Shown: one piece after another, positions 42,845 through 52,978 of the stretch
How the letters are laid out: each line of letters begins with the position of its first letter
Position numbering within the stretch: position 1 is the first letter of the stretch
NCBI GenBank assembly: GCA_963674735.2
Contig: CAXXQS010000001.1
Location: forward strand, 480,001-544,000
Direction: 5' to 3'
DNA length: 64,000 bases
Source of the DNA: Myxococcota bacterium
GTDB taxonomy: Bacteria > Myxococcota_A > SURF-8
Translations under genes and position numbers: made by a program
Notes under the pieces: model-generated
Database searches by the model: none
Seen by the model: the letters and a program-made list of their open reading frames with translations, nothing else
Told to the model about the DNA's origin: nothing

Positions 42845-43135
42845 CTAAATGATAATGGCTGTCGGTGGTCCGGGAAGCTGCGTATCTCCGAATAAACTCG
42901 TATTCTCGCGACAATCCTGACAGAGGCGATAGACCTTGACCGTGTCCGTCTCATCCAAAATGAACGACAACTCATCCAGCAGGCGCTTCAGGTTTGCGGA
43001 TGAACAAACAAGCTCATACACGCAGTCCTGGACCCGATTGCCTTTGAATTTCAAGGTCTCACGAATCATCCTTTGACGTGCATGGCTTTTCACGTCGTAC
43101 ACCACCACCCAAAGGAAAAACTTGGAATCAGGCAT
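42845..43135 (-). CDS. cas2: CRISPR-associated endonuclease Cas2
   Basis: VVYDV, GNRVQDCVYE, D.VKVY.LC..C motifs; directly after the cas1 fusion. Confidence 0.93.
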   Translation of the reverse strand: MPDSKFFLWVVVYDVKSHARQRMIRETLKFKGNRVQDCVYELVCSSANLKRLLDELSFILDETDTVKVYRLCQDCRENTSLFGDTQLPGPPTAIII

Positions 43136-43144
43136 CTCATACTC

Positions 43145-46033
43145 CTACCATTTCATTTGAAAAGCATCGAAGGACAGCTCCGAACCATCGATATACCGCC
43201 GCAGCGACATGGCCTGTCGATAGAGGTGGCCTCGCAAGGTATCTGTTTTGTTCGTGGTATCCGAAACCTCGCGGGCTAGCTGATCCTCGAAGCGAAGCAG
43301 CAATAGTTTAACCGTTTTCGCGGTCATCATCACTCTGTATGGGCCTTTTTGCTTCCTGACAAAATCCGAATTTTTGACTTCACCATGATTGACCGCATTG
43401 ATTGCAACCCTGTCAACGACAAAGCGAAACGGCTCCATCAGGTCGGCCGCCAAGGCGGCGTAGCGGCCTTTGCCCTGGTGCAGTACGCCAAGGTACGGGT
43501 CCAGACCGACCGAAAATATTGTGGTGTGCGTAAGTCTGAACAATTGCGTATACAGGAAATTCAGCATCACATTGACTGGATCTTCAGCACCGCGCGTGGT
43601 TCGTCCAGTAAAAGCGGGTAGGTTGCCTTTGAGCCATTGCGGCCATTGGGAGAAATAGGCGTGCGCAGCTTGCCCTTCGATGCCTCTTAGCATGTCCGGA
43701 TCGGCAGCCTTTTCGGCGCGTGAAATCATCGCGCTCAATTGTTCCAACAATCTCGGAACATTATCTTCCTTGCGGCGACGAGCCAGCATGCGCGTGTTGC
43801 GTATTTTGGCGGACACGAGCTTTCTCGACACATTTAAACTCCCCGCTGAATCCTCCGACCATTTCCATTGCAGCAAAGTAATCGGCGATGGCGAGCGCAC
43901 CTTGTCGGGCAAAACCAGTCCGAGAGGCGTTCCGTCCCATTTGTGCAAGGCTATCGGAATTCGGTGACGCAAGGCTCTCTGCATGACGGAACTACCGATG
44001 TATTTACCACCAAGCAGAACCAGTTCCGAGATTTCGGACCAGGCGACCATAAGCGGCGGATTGTCCTTGCGTTCGATATAAAGCCCGCGCTTTTTACCGA
44101 TCAGTTTTGCGTCTCCGCTGACCACGTAGATGGGCTTGCGCTCGATGCTCGGAGGAGCGATGGGCGCGTGCCAGCGATGATGTGATGCACGGTCTTCTTC
44201 TTTACGCTCCGGATCCTTACCCTTGCTTTCCACAAAATCAGACAACCACCCCGACAGTTTGACGGAATCGCCTGTCTGCATCGCATTGACCGGCATACTC
44301 TTCAACACTTCGCTGGTCTTGCCTGATTTCTCCACGTCCAACACCACGCTTCGGCAAAACAGGGAACCCAGAAATCGAAACCCCCTGTCGAATGCCGTCT
44401 CGGCTGTTTTATCATCATTCAAAGCCAAGCCGAGCTTGTGCAATTCCTCGGTCACCGTCTTTCTTGCAAGCTCAAGGTCGGATTCGTTTTTGCCCATGAT
44501 AATAAAGTCGTCGGCAAATCGAACCAGCCGAAACCCCTTGGCCTCGATGACTTCGTCGAACCGGTCGAGATAAAGATTGGCCAGGATAGGAGCGATGACC
44601 GCACCTTGAGGCAGTCCTTTGATACGCTCGATGTTTCGGCCTTCAAACGCCACGGGCGCTTTGCACCAGCAAAGCAGAGCCGCGACAACCGGATCGTCTC
44701 CGAAATAAGCTTCGAGGCGCAGCAGGAGTTTGTCCCAATCCACCTCGTCGAAAAAAGCTCGGATGTCGGCATCGAGAATATACTTATATCCCTGCTCACG
44801 AGCTTGTAGAACGCTGCGCTTGGCGTGGCGATGGCTCAACCCCTTGCGATAGGCGAAGCTCGAATCTTCCAACAGTTGCTCGATGGCGGGCTGCATTTCC
44901 TGCAAAACGGCACGCTGCAAAAAACGGTCGCGCATGGTGGGAATGGCCAAGGGGCGCAGTTTAACCTTACCGGTTTCCTCCTGTTGCTCGCGAATGACGA
45001 GACCCCGCAAGGGATTCGGGGCTACCTTGTTTTTTCGCAGAGCCGAGGTCAGCTTCGGCATGTCGGTGGTCAGGCTGTCCAGAAATTCTTCACGGCCGAC
45101 ATCGTCGATGCCCGGAGCGGGACCGGCTTCGGTCAGCGCCTGGCGTGCCAAGACGATATTGTCCATATCCGCCGAGCGCTCCAGGATCGTTCGTGCCGGT
45201 TTGGGCGGCCAGTCGCCGTGCGGCGCGTGACCGGCAACCTCGAAACGCCCCTGTCCCATATTGCGGCCTTTGCCGATACCGACGATACCCGCCAGCAGAA
45301 TCGGCAAGGCCCATTCGCCTACAGCCCGGTCGAAGTGCAACGTTATCGATCCCGATGAGCCCAGCAGCCGTTTTTTGGGATAGGCCACGTCCGTGCGGAT
45401 CAAGCGATTTTCGGTCAGCAGCACCGAATAACTTGCGGGCACCTGCAAATTTTTGGAGAAGAGCGCAGGCCACCACTCACGAACCCTTTGGGCGACCCGC
45501 TCGAAAAATTTGCCCGGTAAGAAGACATCCCCATCCATGAGAAACGTCTTGCTCGCAACCGGTGAACGCAGAATCAGCAAGGGGGAGAGAAAGCGGATGG
45601 TGATGTCCCGCTTTTTCGAGAGCGCATCGGCTTTGTCCTGAACCATGTTCAATGTCAGGGATTGGGGATGCGACTTGGATAGAGGGCGATTCGCGATGAT
45701 GTCGGTGACGCGTTCCACTTCGTAGTTGTTGCTAAAGGGAGCTTTGTCCGTTCGCCCGAAATCGGAGCTTGGCGGCGACGCGATCAGCCGCGCGAACCTC
45801 TGCGGTGAGATCGGCCCGCCGGGCGCAAGCGCGACGCCCAGATGATAAGGCTCGTTTCGCCGATAAACAACACGGCCCCGCTCGGGCGTATAGATGGCGA
45901 CACCCGAAGGGAAGTCTCTGGGCGTACCGAGACGATCCATCAAGGCGGCATAGAGCGCCGGATGGTGAAAGAAATGCAACTGTGTTTCGCGCGTAAAGCG
46001 CAAACGCAGCTTAAGGAGATGGAGAAGCTCCAT
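43145..46033 (-). CDS. cas1: Cas6-reverse transcriptase-Cas1 fusion
   Basis: Cas6 G-loop GIGKGRNMGQG; RT motifs PGID, RPLAIPTMRDR, DADIRAFFD, GLPQG, RFADD, FLG; Cas1 motifs GIEGQAA, DPVNVMLN, LGVLH, DLMEPFR. Confidence 0.93.
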   Translation of the reverse strand: MELLHLLKLRLRFTRETQLHFFHHPALYAALMDRLGTPRDFPSGVAIYTPERGRVVYRRNEPYHLGVALAPGGPISPQRFARLIASPPSSDFGRTDKAPFSNNYEVERVTDIIANRPLSKSHPQSLTLNMVQDKADALSKKRDITIRFLSPLLILRSPVASKTFLMDGDVFLPGKFFERVAQRVREWWPALFSKNLQVPASYSVLLTENRLIRTDVAYPKKRLLGSSGSITLHFDRAVGEWALPILLAGIVGIGKGRNMGQGRFEVAGHAPHGDWPPKPARTILERSADMDNIVLARQALTEAGPAPGIDDVGREEFLDSLTTDMPKLTSALRKNKVAPNPLRGLVIREQQEETGKVKLRPLAIPTMRDRFLQRAVLQEMQPAIEQLLEDSSFAYRKGLSHRHAKRSVLQAREQGYKYILDADIRAFFDEVDWDKLLLRLEAYFGDDPVVAALLCWCKAPVAFEGRNIERIKGLPQGAVIAPILANLYLDRFDEVIEAKGFRLVRFADDFIIMGKNESDLELARKTVTEELHKLGLALNDDKTAETAFDRGFRFLGSLFCRSVVLDVEKSGKTSEVLKSMPVNAMQTGDSVKLSGWLSDFVESKGKDPERKEEDRASHHRWHAPIAPPSIERKPIYVVSGDAKLIGKKRGLYIERKDNPPLMVAWSEISELVLLGGKYIGSSVMQRALRHRIPIALHKWDGTPLGLVLPDKVRSPSPITLLQWKWSEDSAGSLNVSRKLVSAKIRNTRMLARRRKEDNVPRLLEQLSAMISRAEKAADPDMLRGIEGQAAHAYFSQWPQWLKGNLPAFTGRTTRGAEDPVNVMLNFLYTQLFRLTHTTIFSVGLDPYLGVLHQGKGRYAALAADLMEPFRFVVDRVAINAVNHGEVKNSDFVRKQKGPYRVMMTAKTVKLLLLRFEDQLAREVSDTTNKTDTLRGHLYRQAMSLRRYIDGSELSFDAFQMKW

Positions 46034-46069
46034 ACCCAACTCCTTTCAGCGGTTCAAGAGATCAGTGGG

Positions 46070-47081
46070 CAGTCTGACTGACCATAGCTGTGACGATCAA
46101 CCCCCAGTGGGTGATAACGGTCGGAACGAGAGTTTCCATACCCAGTCTGACTGACCATAGCTGTGACTTTGAAGAGCTGGTTTACGCTCCTCCTCAGCAG
46201 GTTGTGTTTCCATACCCAGTCTGACTGACCATAGCTGTGACCTCTGGTGGTTTGGCCTAATTGTGCTGGTACTGTTTCCATACCCAGTCTGACTGACCAT
46301 AGCTGTGACATGGTCATCTTGTTGCTGCTGTGCGCCACGTAGTTTCCATACCCAGTCTGACTGACCATAGCTGTGACTCTGGCCGATGAGGACAAAAGCA
46401 CCCTGTCGAAGTTTCCATACCCAGTCTGACTGACCATAGCTGTGACAGATCACAACTACGATATCGTCAAGCGTGAATTGTTTCCATACCCAGTCTGACT
46501 GACCATAGCTGTGACGCGGCAAGGGACTTTTTACTCACACCGGCGACATGAGTTTCCATACCCAGTCTGACTGACCATAGCTGTGACCATAAACCACATG
46601 GTGTGGGAGGAATACCCGTAGTTTCCATACCCAGTCTGACTGACCCCATAGCTGTGACAATTTCTTCGGTTACGGCCCACATGACGATGACTGGTTTCCA
46701 TACCCAGTCTGACTGACCATAGCTGTGACCTCTGAAGCCGAAACCACCTAAAAGGAGGTGAAGTTTCCATACCCAGTCTGACCGACCATAGCTGTGACGA
46801 GGAATGCCAGATCGAAGAATGGGGGGTGGAAGTTTCCATACCCAGTCTGACTGACCATAGCTGTGACTAGGAGTAGGACTTGGACTTTTGGCACTTGGTG
46901 GGTTTCCATACCCAGTCTGACTGACCATAGCTGTGACTTGATTGTATATCTAGCATCTTCTAGTATGATAATGTTTCCATACCCAGTCTGACTGACCATA
47001 GCTGTGACGCTGGACGGCTCGAACACCTTGTGTGTTCCGGACTATGTTTCCATACCCAGTCTGACTGACCATAGCTGTGAC
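46070..47081 (-). CRISPR. CRISPR array 2: 15 repeats (trailer one truncated), 14 spacers
   Basis: same 36-nt repeat as array 1. Confidence 0.98.
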
Positions 47082-47449
47082 TCTGGCCTTGTAAAGACTG
47101 GGAACCGTTGGGCTTTCAGACCGGGTTTGACAAGTCACCCTTCAAAATCCATTCACTATAGCCGTCAGACCGGAAAAAATGGGGTGCAGCAAAACTTTGG
47201 CACAAGCTAATCTCTTGTTTTCAAAGAGCTTTTCCAATTTGACAAGTCTCCAGCATGAAAACGAGCCGCCAAAGATGCTTTATCTAGTGAAGATTATAGG
47301 AGATTATGCCTGTTGCACGACTTTTGCAAGCGAAATATTCCGCAGACTTGTCAAATAATTATCGAACATTCAATTATTCTCAATGATATCATGGGGTCGC
47401 ACGACAATTTATAGTCATTCCACATCAGAGCTATTTCTGTTGCACCCCC
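47082..47449 (-). promoter_or_regulatory. CRISPR leader copy 2
   Basis: near-identical to the other two leaders. Confidence 0.9.
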
Positions 47450-47483
47450 TTTAAAACAGAGAATCGGTGTAGATGGTGAAGCC

Positions 47484-49247
47484 CTAATTCTTGGGTAGCA
47501 ATCCTTTCTCGGTCTTGCATTTATCGTGGCAACTGACGATGCCGGAAATGCAATCGATGATGTCCGATCCTGTCCATATCAAGAACAAGGTAAGAGCTGA
47601 GAAAATGGGAATGCTGTATAATCCGATCGTCAGCAATAATTCTCCTTCGCTGCCTTCTCCCATTATCTCTTTGAGGTTCATGCCGAAGATCGAGGCGATC
47701 AGCGCCGGACCGGCCAGACCCAACATCGCAATATTCAGATAAGCGATGGAACCGAGCCTTCGCCCAACGGTTGCGTTGCTGAAATCGTGCAGGGCTTTGA
47801 TTTCTTTTTCGACCTCATCGAACAGCCGTTTGTTGCCCAAGTTGCGGCTCCACAGGTCAAACATTTCGATTCCCTGCTCCTGGCCGGTGACTTCGGAAAA
47901 CCAATATTTGTTGTGGAACTTCAGGAAGTCGGATCGCAAATCTTCCAATTCTCGGTGCAGCTTTTTGTTCTCCAACTTCCCTGGAGAGGTTGCTTGTTGC
48001 GCCAGTCGTGCCGCTCGATGGGAAAGATTCAGCAAAATCGCCCGCTGACCGATCAACAGATTTGCCATCTGGAAATACATCGAGTTGAAATGCTCCGGGA
48101 TCAATGTGCAGTTTGCATAACCGTTGCCGTGCAGCAAATACGTCCCGCTGTATCTTGTAAATCCATAATACGATCCCCAATCTCGAAAACGCAGATACAA
48201 GGACTGTTCCAGGCAATGGTCCCTGAATTCAGGATTAGAGGTATATTCCGTTGTGGAAGGATCGATAAAAATATATTGATAGAGCCGTTTTCTGAATTTT
48301 TCGCTTTGTGTCGTCAATTCGCCGAGGGGATTTCGAGTTTCACCGAACCGACACGGTCTGAACTCGCGTTCCCCAAAACCGGTGTCTGCATCATCAACAA
48401 TGGCTAACGAGCATACGAAGTTTCGCTCATCGAGGATCGGATTGAGGTTTTCGACCCTCAACGACTTTTTCAAATCCTTTGACTCTCCCGCACCGACAAG
48501 ATCTGCAAACAATTTTTCAATCCAGAATGTATAATGCTCGCCGATATAAGAGTTGGATTGCAGATCGTCTTCCTTGTCGGAATCGGGCTTTTGAGTGATG
48601 AATTCATCGAAATGCCTGCCAAACATTTCGGTACTGGCCGAATTTCCATCGGCCTTGACAATCTTGATCGAGAGAGGCAGTTCGTTTGCCCCTTTCTGCG
48701 CTTCGGACCAGTCTTTAACGGGATGTCCGGATACGTGGTCATAAACCTGATCGTATCCAATAAACGAAGGCCCTGAACGGCGTAATAGATTATTGATATC
48801 CAGAGCATCATCCAAACTCAATTGATTCGGGCTAGTGGCGTCATCACGAACATAAGATACGCCAAAGATAAGTGCGCCTACATCGAGATCGTAAAAATAG
48901 CCCATCACCCAATCGAGATTGACGAAGCGCGTTTTCTCTTTTTGAGATCTGCGCCACGATATTTCTATTTTCCAATTCTTGATTTTCTCTTCATAAACCT
49001 CGAAAGCCATCAGGCAAGGTCGATCCGACATACCGGTGCCAAACAATAGTTCTCTGGTATGAGGATGGAAATACTGATACTCGGCGAAAGTTTCAGGGTT
49101 ATGCGGTGAGATTTCAGGGGTGCGGAAAAACCACTCCCCCACAAAGTCTTTACGGCTAGTGGGATTATTTGAATCTTTCAGGGCGTTAAACGTACCCTGC
49201 TTCAATGAAAACGGAAAGTAGAACTGGGCTTTATAGAGGTGTAGCAT
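47484..49247 (-). CDS. corA: CRISPR-associated CorA-family membrane effector
   Basis: large soluble N-domain (FYFPF, YYGFTRYS, QRAILL, WFSEVTGQEQGIEMF); C-terminal 2 TM with SIFGMN (CorA GMN motif); follows cmr6. Confidence 0.85.
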   Translation of the reverse strand: MLHLYKAQFYFPFSLKQGTFNALKDSNNPTSRKDFVGEWFFRTPEISPHNPETFAEYQYFHPHTRELLFGTGMSDRPCLMAFEVYEEKIKNWKIEISWRRSQKEKTRFVNLDWVMGYFYDLDVGALIFGVSYVRDDATSPNQLSLDDALDINNLLRRSGPSFIGYDQVYDHVSGHPVKDWSEAQKGANELPLSIKIVKADGNSASTEMFGRHFDEFITQKPDSDKEDDLQSNSYIGEHYTFWIEKLFADLVGAGESKDLKKSLRVENLNPILDERNFVCSLAIVDDADTGFGEREFRPCRFGETRNPLGELTTQSEKFRKRLYQYIFIDPSTTEYTSNPEFRDHCLEQSLYLRFRDWGSYYGFTRYSGTYLLHGNGYANCTLIPEHFNSMYFQMANLLIGQRAILLNLSHRAARLAQQATSPGKLENKKLHRELEDLRSDFLKFHNKYWFSEVTGQEQGIEMFDLWSRNLGNKRLFDEVEKEIKALHDFSNATVGRRLGSIAYLNIAMLGLAGPALIASIFGMNLKEIMGEGSEGELLLTIGLYSIPIFSALTLFLIWTGSDIIDCISGIVSCHDKCKTEKGLLPKN

Positions 49248-49271
49248 ATTCCGATATCCCGATAATGAGAA

Positions 49272-50507
49272 TCACGAGTCCAGCTTCGACCATTGTTTCA
49301 AATTGCTGATGCAATCTTTGTATCGCTTGGATATGCGTTTAAGCACGCTATTTTTCTTAAGCAGCCTTGATGAAAGAACACTTCTAAATTCAGCTCGATC
49401 CGGGTCGGTCATGTTCAATATGGCTTCGTATACCTCGGCATTGCTTAACTCTTTCTCGAAAGCCTGAGCCTCTAGAGCCAGTTTGTCGGACTGTGCCTTT
49501 TGAGCCGGATCGGAAGTTAGGATACGCCTGACAGCGTCGTTGTTTTTCCACTCATTCGTTGGTAATTCCCGCATACGTCCATAACCAATGGCTGTTTTCG
49601 CTCCGATACCTTCTTTCTCCAAAGCCATACAAAGAATATCTTTCGCCCAGGAGCGCCAACCGGGTGCACCTTCCAATGCAACAAAGAAGCAGACATCGCT
49701 CCCCAAAGTGATGAACGGTATCGGATTTGGGCTGTCGTAGTCGGCGGGCGGAGGGACATCGCCTTTTGTCGCATCCGCCTGATAGTAATCCTGATGATGA
49801 ACGGTCATGACATCCGGCAAAAAGGGGCTTTTGTCGGTCGGGATCCACCATGCGTCATGAAAGACGATGCACCCGGCAGCATCCTGTCTGCCGAAAAGAT
49901 TGTCATAATACGTATACCCGTTTGAATCCACAAACCCCATATTTTCGTATTTCTTGATTTCCTTTTCGGTCTTTTCCTTATCCGGTCCAGATTTGTGCTT
50001 CGCTTCGTGCCAGCTTTCAGGACTCGGCAGAAAAGCGGATCGATTATCATCGGGCTCTAAATCGGTACACACGTTGATTGCGTCTTGCCCTTTGCCTTCA
50101 GCCTGCCAGCCTCCATAATACGTTTTACAGAAGTGCGACGCCAGCCCCTTTAGGGCGGAGCCGGGAATCATCGGTGCGCCGTAGGTACGGTTCAAGGTGA
50201 TACTGTTTTCCAAAACGCTATCCGCTCCAAGGCCGACAGCAGCCCTGGATTTGGATTCGATAATGACAACATCGGTATCATTCTTCAGTGAACGGCAATG
50301 ACGCATAAGCGCTAAGTTATAACAATCTGGTGCGCCGTAGCTATTCATAAGAAACTCGTACAGTTTCTTCTCAGCTGCATGCTCGTCTTTGAAAGCTTCA
50401 ACATACTTATCCAACAACAAACCTGCGTTGATACCTTCTTTCGGTTTTGGGTACCTAAGCTTGCTTAGAGCATCGCGTCTGGCATTCAGTCCGTTTTTCA
50501 TGGCCAA
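49272..50507 (-). CDS. cmr6: type III-B RAMP protein Cmr6
   Basis: VGLGADSVLENSITL, PMIPGSALKG, DVMTVHH, PNPIPF and GIGAKTAIGYG motifs. Confidence 0.93.
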   Translation of the reverse strand: MAMKNGLNARRDALSKLRYPKPKEGINAGLLLDKYVEAFKDEHAAEKKLYEFLMNSYGAPDCYNLALMRHCRSLKNDTDVVIIESKSRAAVGLGADSVLENSITLNRTYGAPMIPGSALKGLASHFCKTYYGGWQAEGKGQDAINVCTDLEPDDNRSAFLPSPESWHEAKHKSGPDKEKTEKEIKKYENMGFVDSNGYTYYDNLFGRQDAAGCIVFHDAWWIPTDKSPFLPDVMTVHHQDYYQADATKGDVPPPADYDSPNPIPFITLGSDVCFFVALEGAPGWRSWAKDILCMALEKEGIGAKTAIGYGRMRELPTNEWKNNDAVRRILTSDPAQKAQSDKLALEAQAFEKELSNAEVYEAILNMTDPDRAEFRSVLSSRLLKKNSVLKRISKRYKDCISNLKQWSKLDS

Positions 50508-50511
50508 CTCT

Positions 50512-50913
50512 CTAATCCGTGATCAGAATTTCCGCATAGCGTTTGTACCAAAGTCCGACATCCAAAGCTTTTTTTGTAAGCAGCATGTAATTCTCGCTTG
50601 AACAGTCATTACTGCTTAAATAACCATGAATAGTGTCGGTCGAAGACGCATTTGGCAATTCCAGGACCTCTTTAAGCTTTTCCAGGAAAACTTCGAAAGC
50701 TTTCGATTGCTCGGATTTCTTGTCGCTGGAGCCGCTGGCTTTGCTGTGGAAGAAGGCTACGGTCTGCATCAGGCCATTGGTTTTGACCAATATAGGAAAG
50801 CGCTTGCATACTCGGGAAAACTCGCCTTTCGGAAAGCCGCTCTTTTTGAGTAACTGGGTAAACTGGCCGTATATTTTCTGCGCATATACTTGGGATCGAA
50901 TCGTAAAAGCCAT
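50512..50913 (-). CDS. cmr5: type III-B small subunit Cmr5 (Cas11)
   Basis: FPILVKTNGLMQTVAF and WYKRYAE motifs; position in operon. Confidence 0.9.
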   Translation of the reverse strand: MAFTIRSQVYAQKIYGQFTQLLKKSGFPKGEFSRVCKRFPILVKTNGLMQTVAFFHSKASGSSDKKSEQSKAFEVFLEKLKEVLELPNASSTDTIHGYLSSNDCSSENYMLLTKKALDVGLWYKRYAEILITD

Positions 50914-50918
50914 GTCCG

Positions 50919-51845
50919 TTATCCTTTCGAAACCAGCCGCACACGACCGCGTCCTACTGTCGCTTTGCCACCCAATTGAATAGGGCGATCAGTAACAGTG
51001 GAATCGAATACGTAATCCAGTATTTGTTCGGGGCTATTCATGTCATTCAAGGGAGAGCCACCATCTTTGCCGCGCTCGAAGGAGTTGAAATGGGATCTTC
51101 CGGCAAGAGCCAGTCCCCATAATATACTCTCCGCCGGAAGCGCTTCTTCATACCAGAGAGCGCCTTTTTCCACGGTTTTCTTTTCGTCATCGATACGAAT
51201 ACGCGCGGCCACTTCTACGGCGTTTTGATAGAAGAATGAAAACACGTCATCACCGACAATAATGAACCGTTGTTTGAAATGATCCTGATATTCCTGGTCA
51301 TCCGGAAAAACAGAGGCTGCTATCGCCGCCGCCCAGTTGTCAACCAGTTCACAATATTGCGATCCGGTATCCACGCTCAGATCTAAATCCTCCAAATACA
51401 CCACCTCATTTCGGCAAGCGGCATTTTGATCGCCAACAAGGGCTTGCTTGCTTTCTGGAATTTTAGGAATTTCGAGGCTTGCATGATTAGAATCCCGTTT
51501 GTATCTTTGCAAGACTATCGGAGAAGATACCCAGGTAAAAACTCCATAGAATGAACGTACGGGAAGACATAGCAATCGTGCATCTCCGAATACTGTTGCA
51601 CCTGCATAGTCGGAGGCATTATCCGTGTCCGGGCCAAAGGCATTCATCACCCTATCCTTGACTCCGCCGTTCTTCTCCTTAGCCCAATGGCAATCTCGAA
51701 GTGCGCCCTTGATGGAGCTTCCAGGTACTATGGGTAAAGCCGTCGCCACCTCTCTTGCTATCGGGAGATCGAGGACACCCGATCCTTGCCCCGTTCCTGC
51801 GTGAAGAGCGGACAAAGCGTGTATATAATAAACGCGTTCAACCAT
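50919..51845 (-). CDS. cmr4: type III-B backbone / RNase Cmr4 (Cas7)
   Basis: LHAGTG..VLDLPIARE (catalytic Asp), PGSSIKG, LWYEE and QLGGKATVGRG motifs. Confidence 0.95.
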   Translation of the reverse strand: MVERVYYIHALSALHAGTGQGSGVLDLPIAREVATALPIVPGSSIKGALRDCHWAKEKNGGVKDRVMNAFGPDTDNASDYAGATVFGDARLLCLPVRSFYGVFTWVSSPIVLQRYKRDSNHASLEIPKIPESKQALVGDQNAACRNEVVYLEDLDLSVDTGSQYCELVDNWAAAIAASVFPDDQEYQDHFKQRFIIVGDDVFSFFYQNAVEVAARIRIDDEKKTVEKGALWYEEALPAESILWGLALAGRSHFNSFERGKDGGSPLNDMNSPEQILDYVFDSTVTDRPIQLGGKATVGRGRVRLVSKG

Positions 51846-51862
51846 AATTCGTTCTCCCGTTT

Positions 51863-52978
51863 CTAAGACCAAATTCCCCAAAGCGCAAGACCGAAACCAT
51901 TCTTACGATCCATCTCATTGTCGCTGATTGGCTTCATCCAGGCCTTGTTCAGAATCTTTTCGCAATCAGCTTCGTTTTCCATTTCGAGAAAGTAAATGCT
52001 TCCGGCAGGAACTAGCCGTCGAAGCGGCTTCTGACCGGTCTGCATATCCCAACCGGCTATGGGTGTCCATCTTGGAACAGCAGCGGATACAAGGCGAAGA
52101 GAAACGCCGACTACATCCCAGTGGACATATACTGATTTATCCTTGCCGGTAAAAACTTTAGGTAGGAAACCACCATTAAACAGGGCGGGGGTTACAAGTT
52201 GAAGCTTGATTTTTAACGACTCCCTCGCCTTGACTAAAAGCTCATCAGGAGAATCGCTTGGCCAGCTATCTGAATTCAGTTCTGTAAAACCCGCAAAGCC
52301 GCCTTCTCCTCCTATACGGTGAAAGATAGGTCCGGAAAACGCATTCAAGTCGGAGGCTGATACCGAAACCAGATACCCTCCTTCGAGTAGTTCATCTCCC
52401 CGCATTACTTGAGGATAAATGGATTCGCTCTGGAATAAGTGACTATCCTTGGCAGTATTGTTGTCGCCAATCGTGACATGCGTACGGTGTTCTGTTTCGG
52501 GTGAGTAGCCGTTTTCAAGAACATCCGACAAGGAAACTTGCTCACAGGCCAGCCACTTATATAGCTCCTTATCTCTCCAAAATAACGGAGGGTCACTCAT
52601 CGGCTTTCCGCCAGTCTGATTACTGCCTATTGGCAGTAACCCATCCGGCAAATTCATGCCTTCGCCATCTTTCAGCTCGAAGGGAGAAAGCCTCTTTATA
52701 GCAGTAGCCGGTAATATGGCATCAGCAGGTGCGGGAAAATAGTTGTGATCGCCGAGACGCAACACCGGGCCGTAAATCGACCAGTCCAGTACTCGTGCGA
52801 CTTCTACATCTGTGAACGAATAACCGAGCTGTTTTCCAAGCAAGGTTCTGATCGTACCGGTGGTAACGGAAGGATGAGGAAAAAGCTGAGTGCGCGCCGC
52901 GTCTCCAGTGTTGAAAGGTCGCGTATCCCTGAAAAGAAGTGGGCCGTTGGGTTGAATATGCAGGATAGCGTCCATCAT
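51863..52978 (-). CDS. cmr3: type III-B Cmr3 (Cas5)
   Basis: PLLFRDTRPF, PAPAD, IGGEG, LVTPALF, GWDM, VPAGSIY and GFG motifs. Confidence 0.93.
   Translation of the reverse strand: MMDAILHIQPNGPLLFRDTRPFNTGDAARTQLFPHPSVTTGTIRTLLGKQLGYSFTDVEVARVLDWSIYGPVLRLGDHNYFPAPADAILPATAIKRLSPFELKDGEGMNLPDGLLPIGSNQTGGKPMSDPPLFWRDKELYKWLACEQVSLSDVLENGYSPETEHRTHVTIGDNNTAKDSHLFQSESIYPQVMRGDELLEGGYLVSVSASDLNAFSGPIFHRIGGEGGFAGFTELNSDSWPSDSPDELLVKARESLKIKLQLVTPALFNGGFLPKVFTGKDKSVYVHWDVVGVSLRLVSAAVPRWTPIAGWDMQTGQKPLRRLVPAGSIYFLEMENEADCEKILNKAWMKPISDNEMDRKNGFGLALWGIWS

Noticed and set aside
43145-46033. RT as a group II intron, retron or DGR
   Set aside because: It is fused between Cas6 and Cas1, with no intron domain V/VI, msr-msd or TR/VR pair visible.
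40873-47138. ORFs with repeated MVSQTGYGN / SQLWSVRLGMET / HSYGQSDWVWK peptides
   Set aside because: These are translations of the CRISPR repeats in three frames, not genes.
47484-49247. Housekeeping Mg2+ transporter CorA
   Set aside because: 587 aa with a large atypical N-domain and placed inside the cmr operon, which fits the CRISPR-associated clade.
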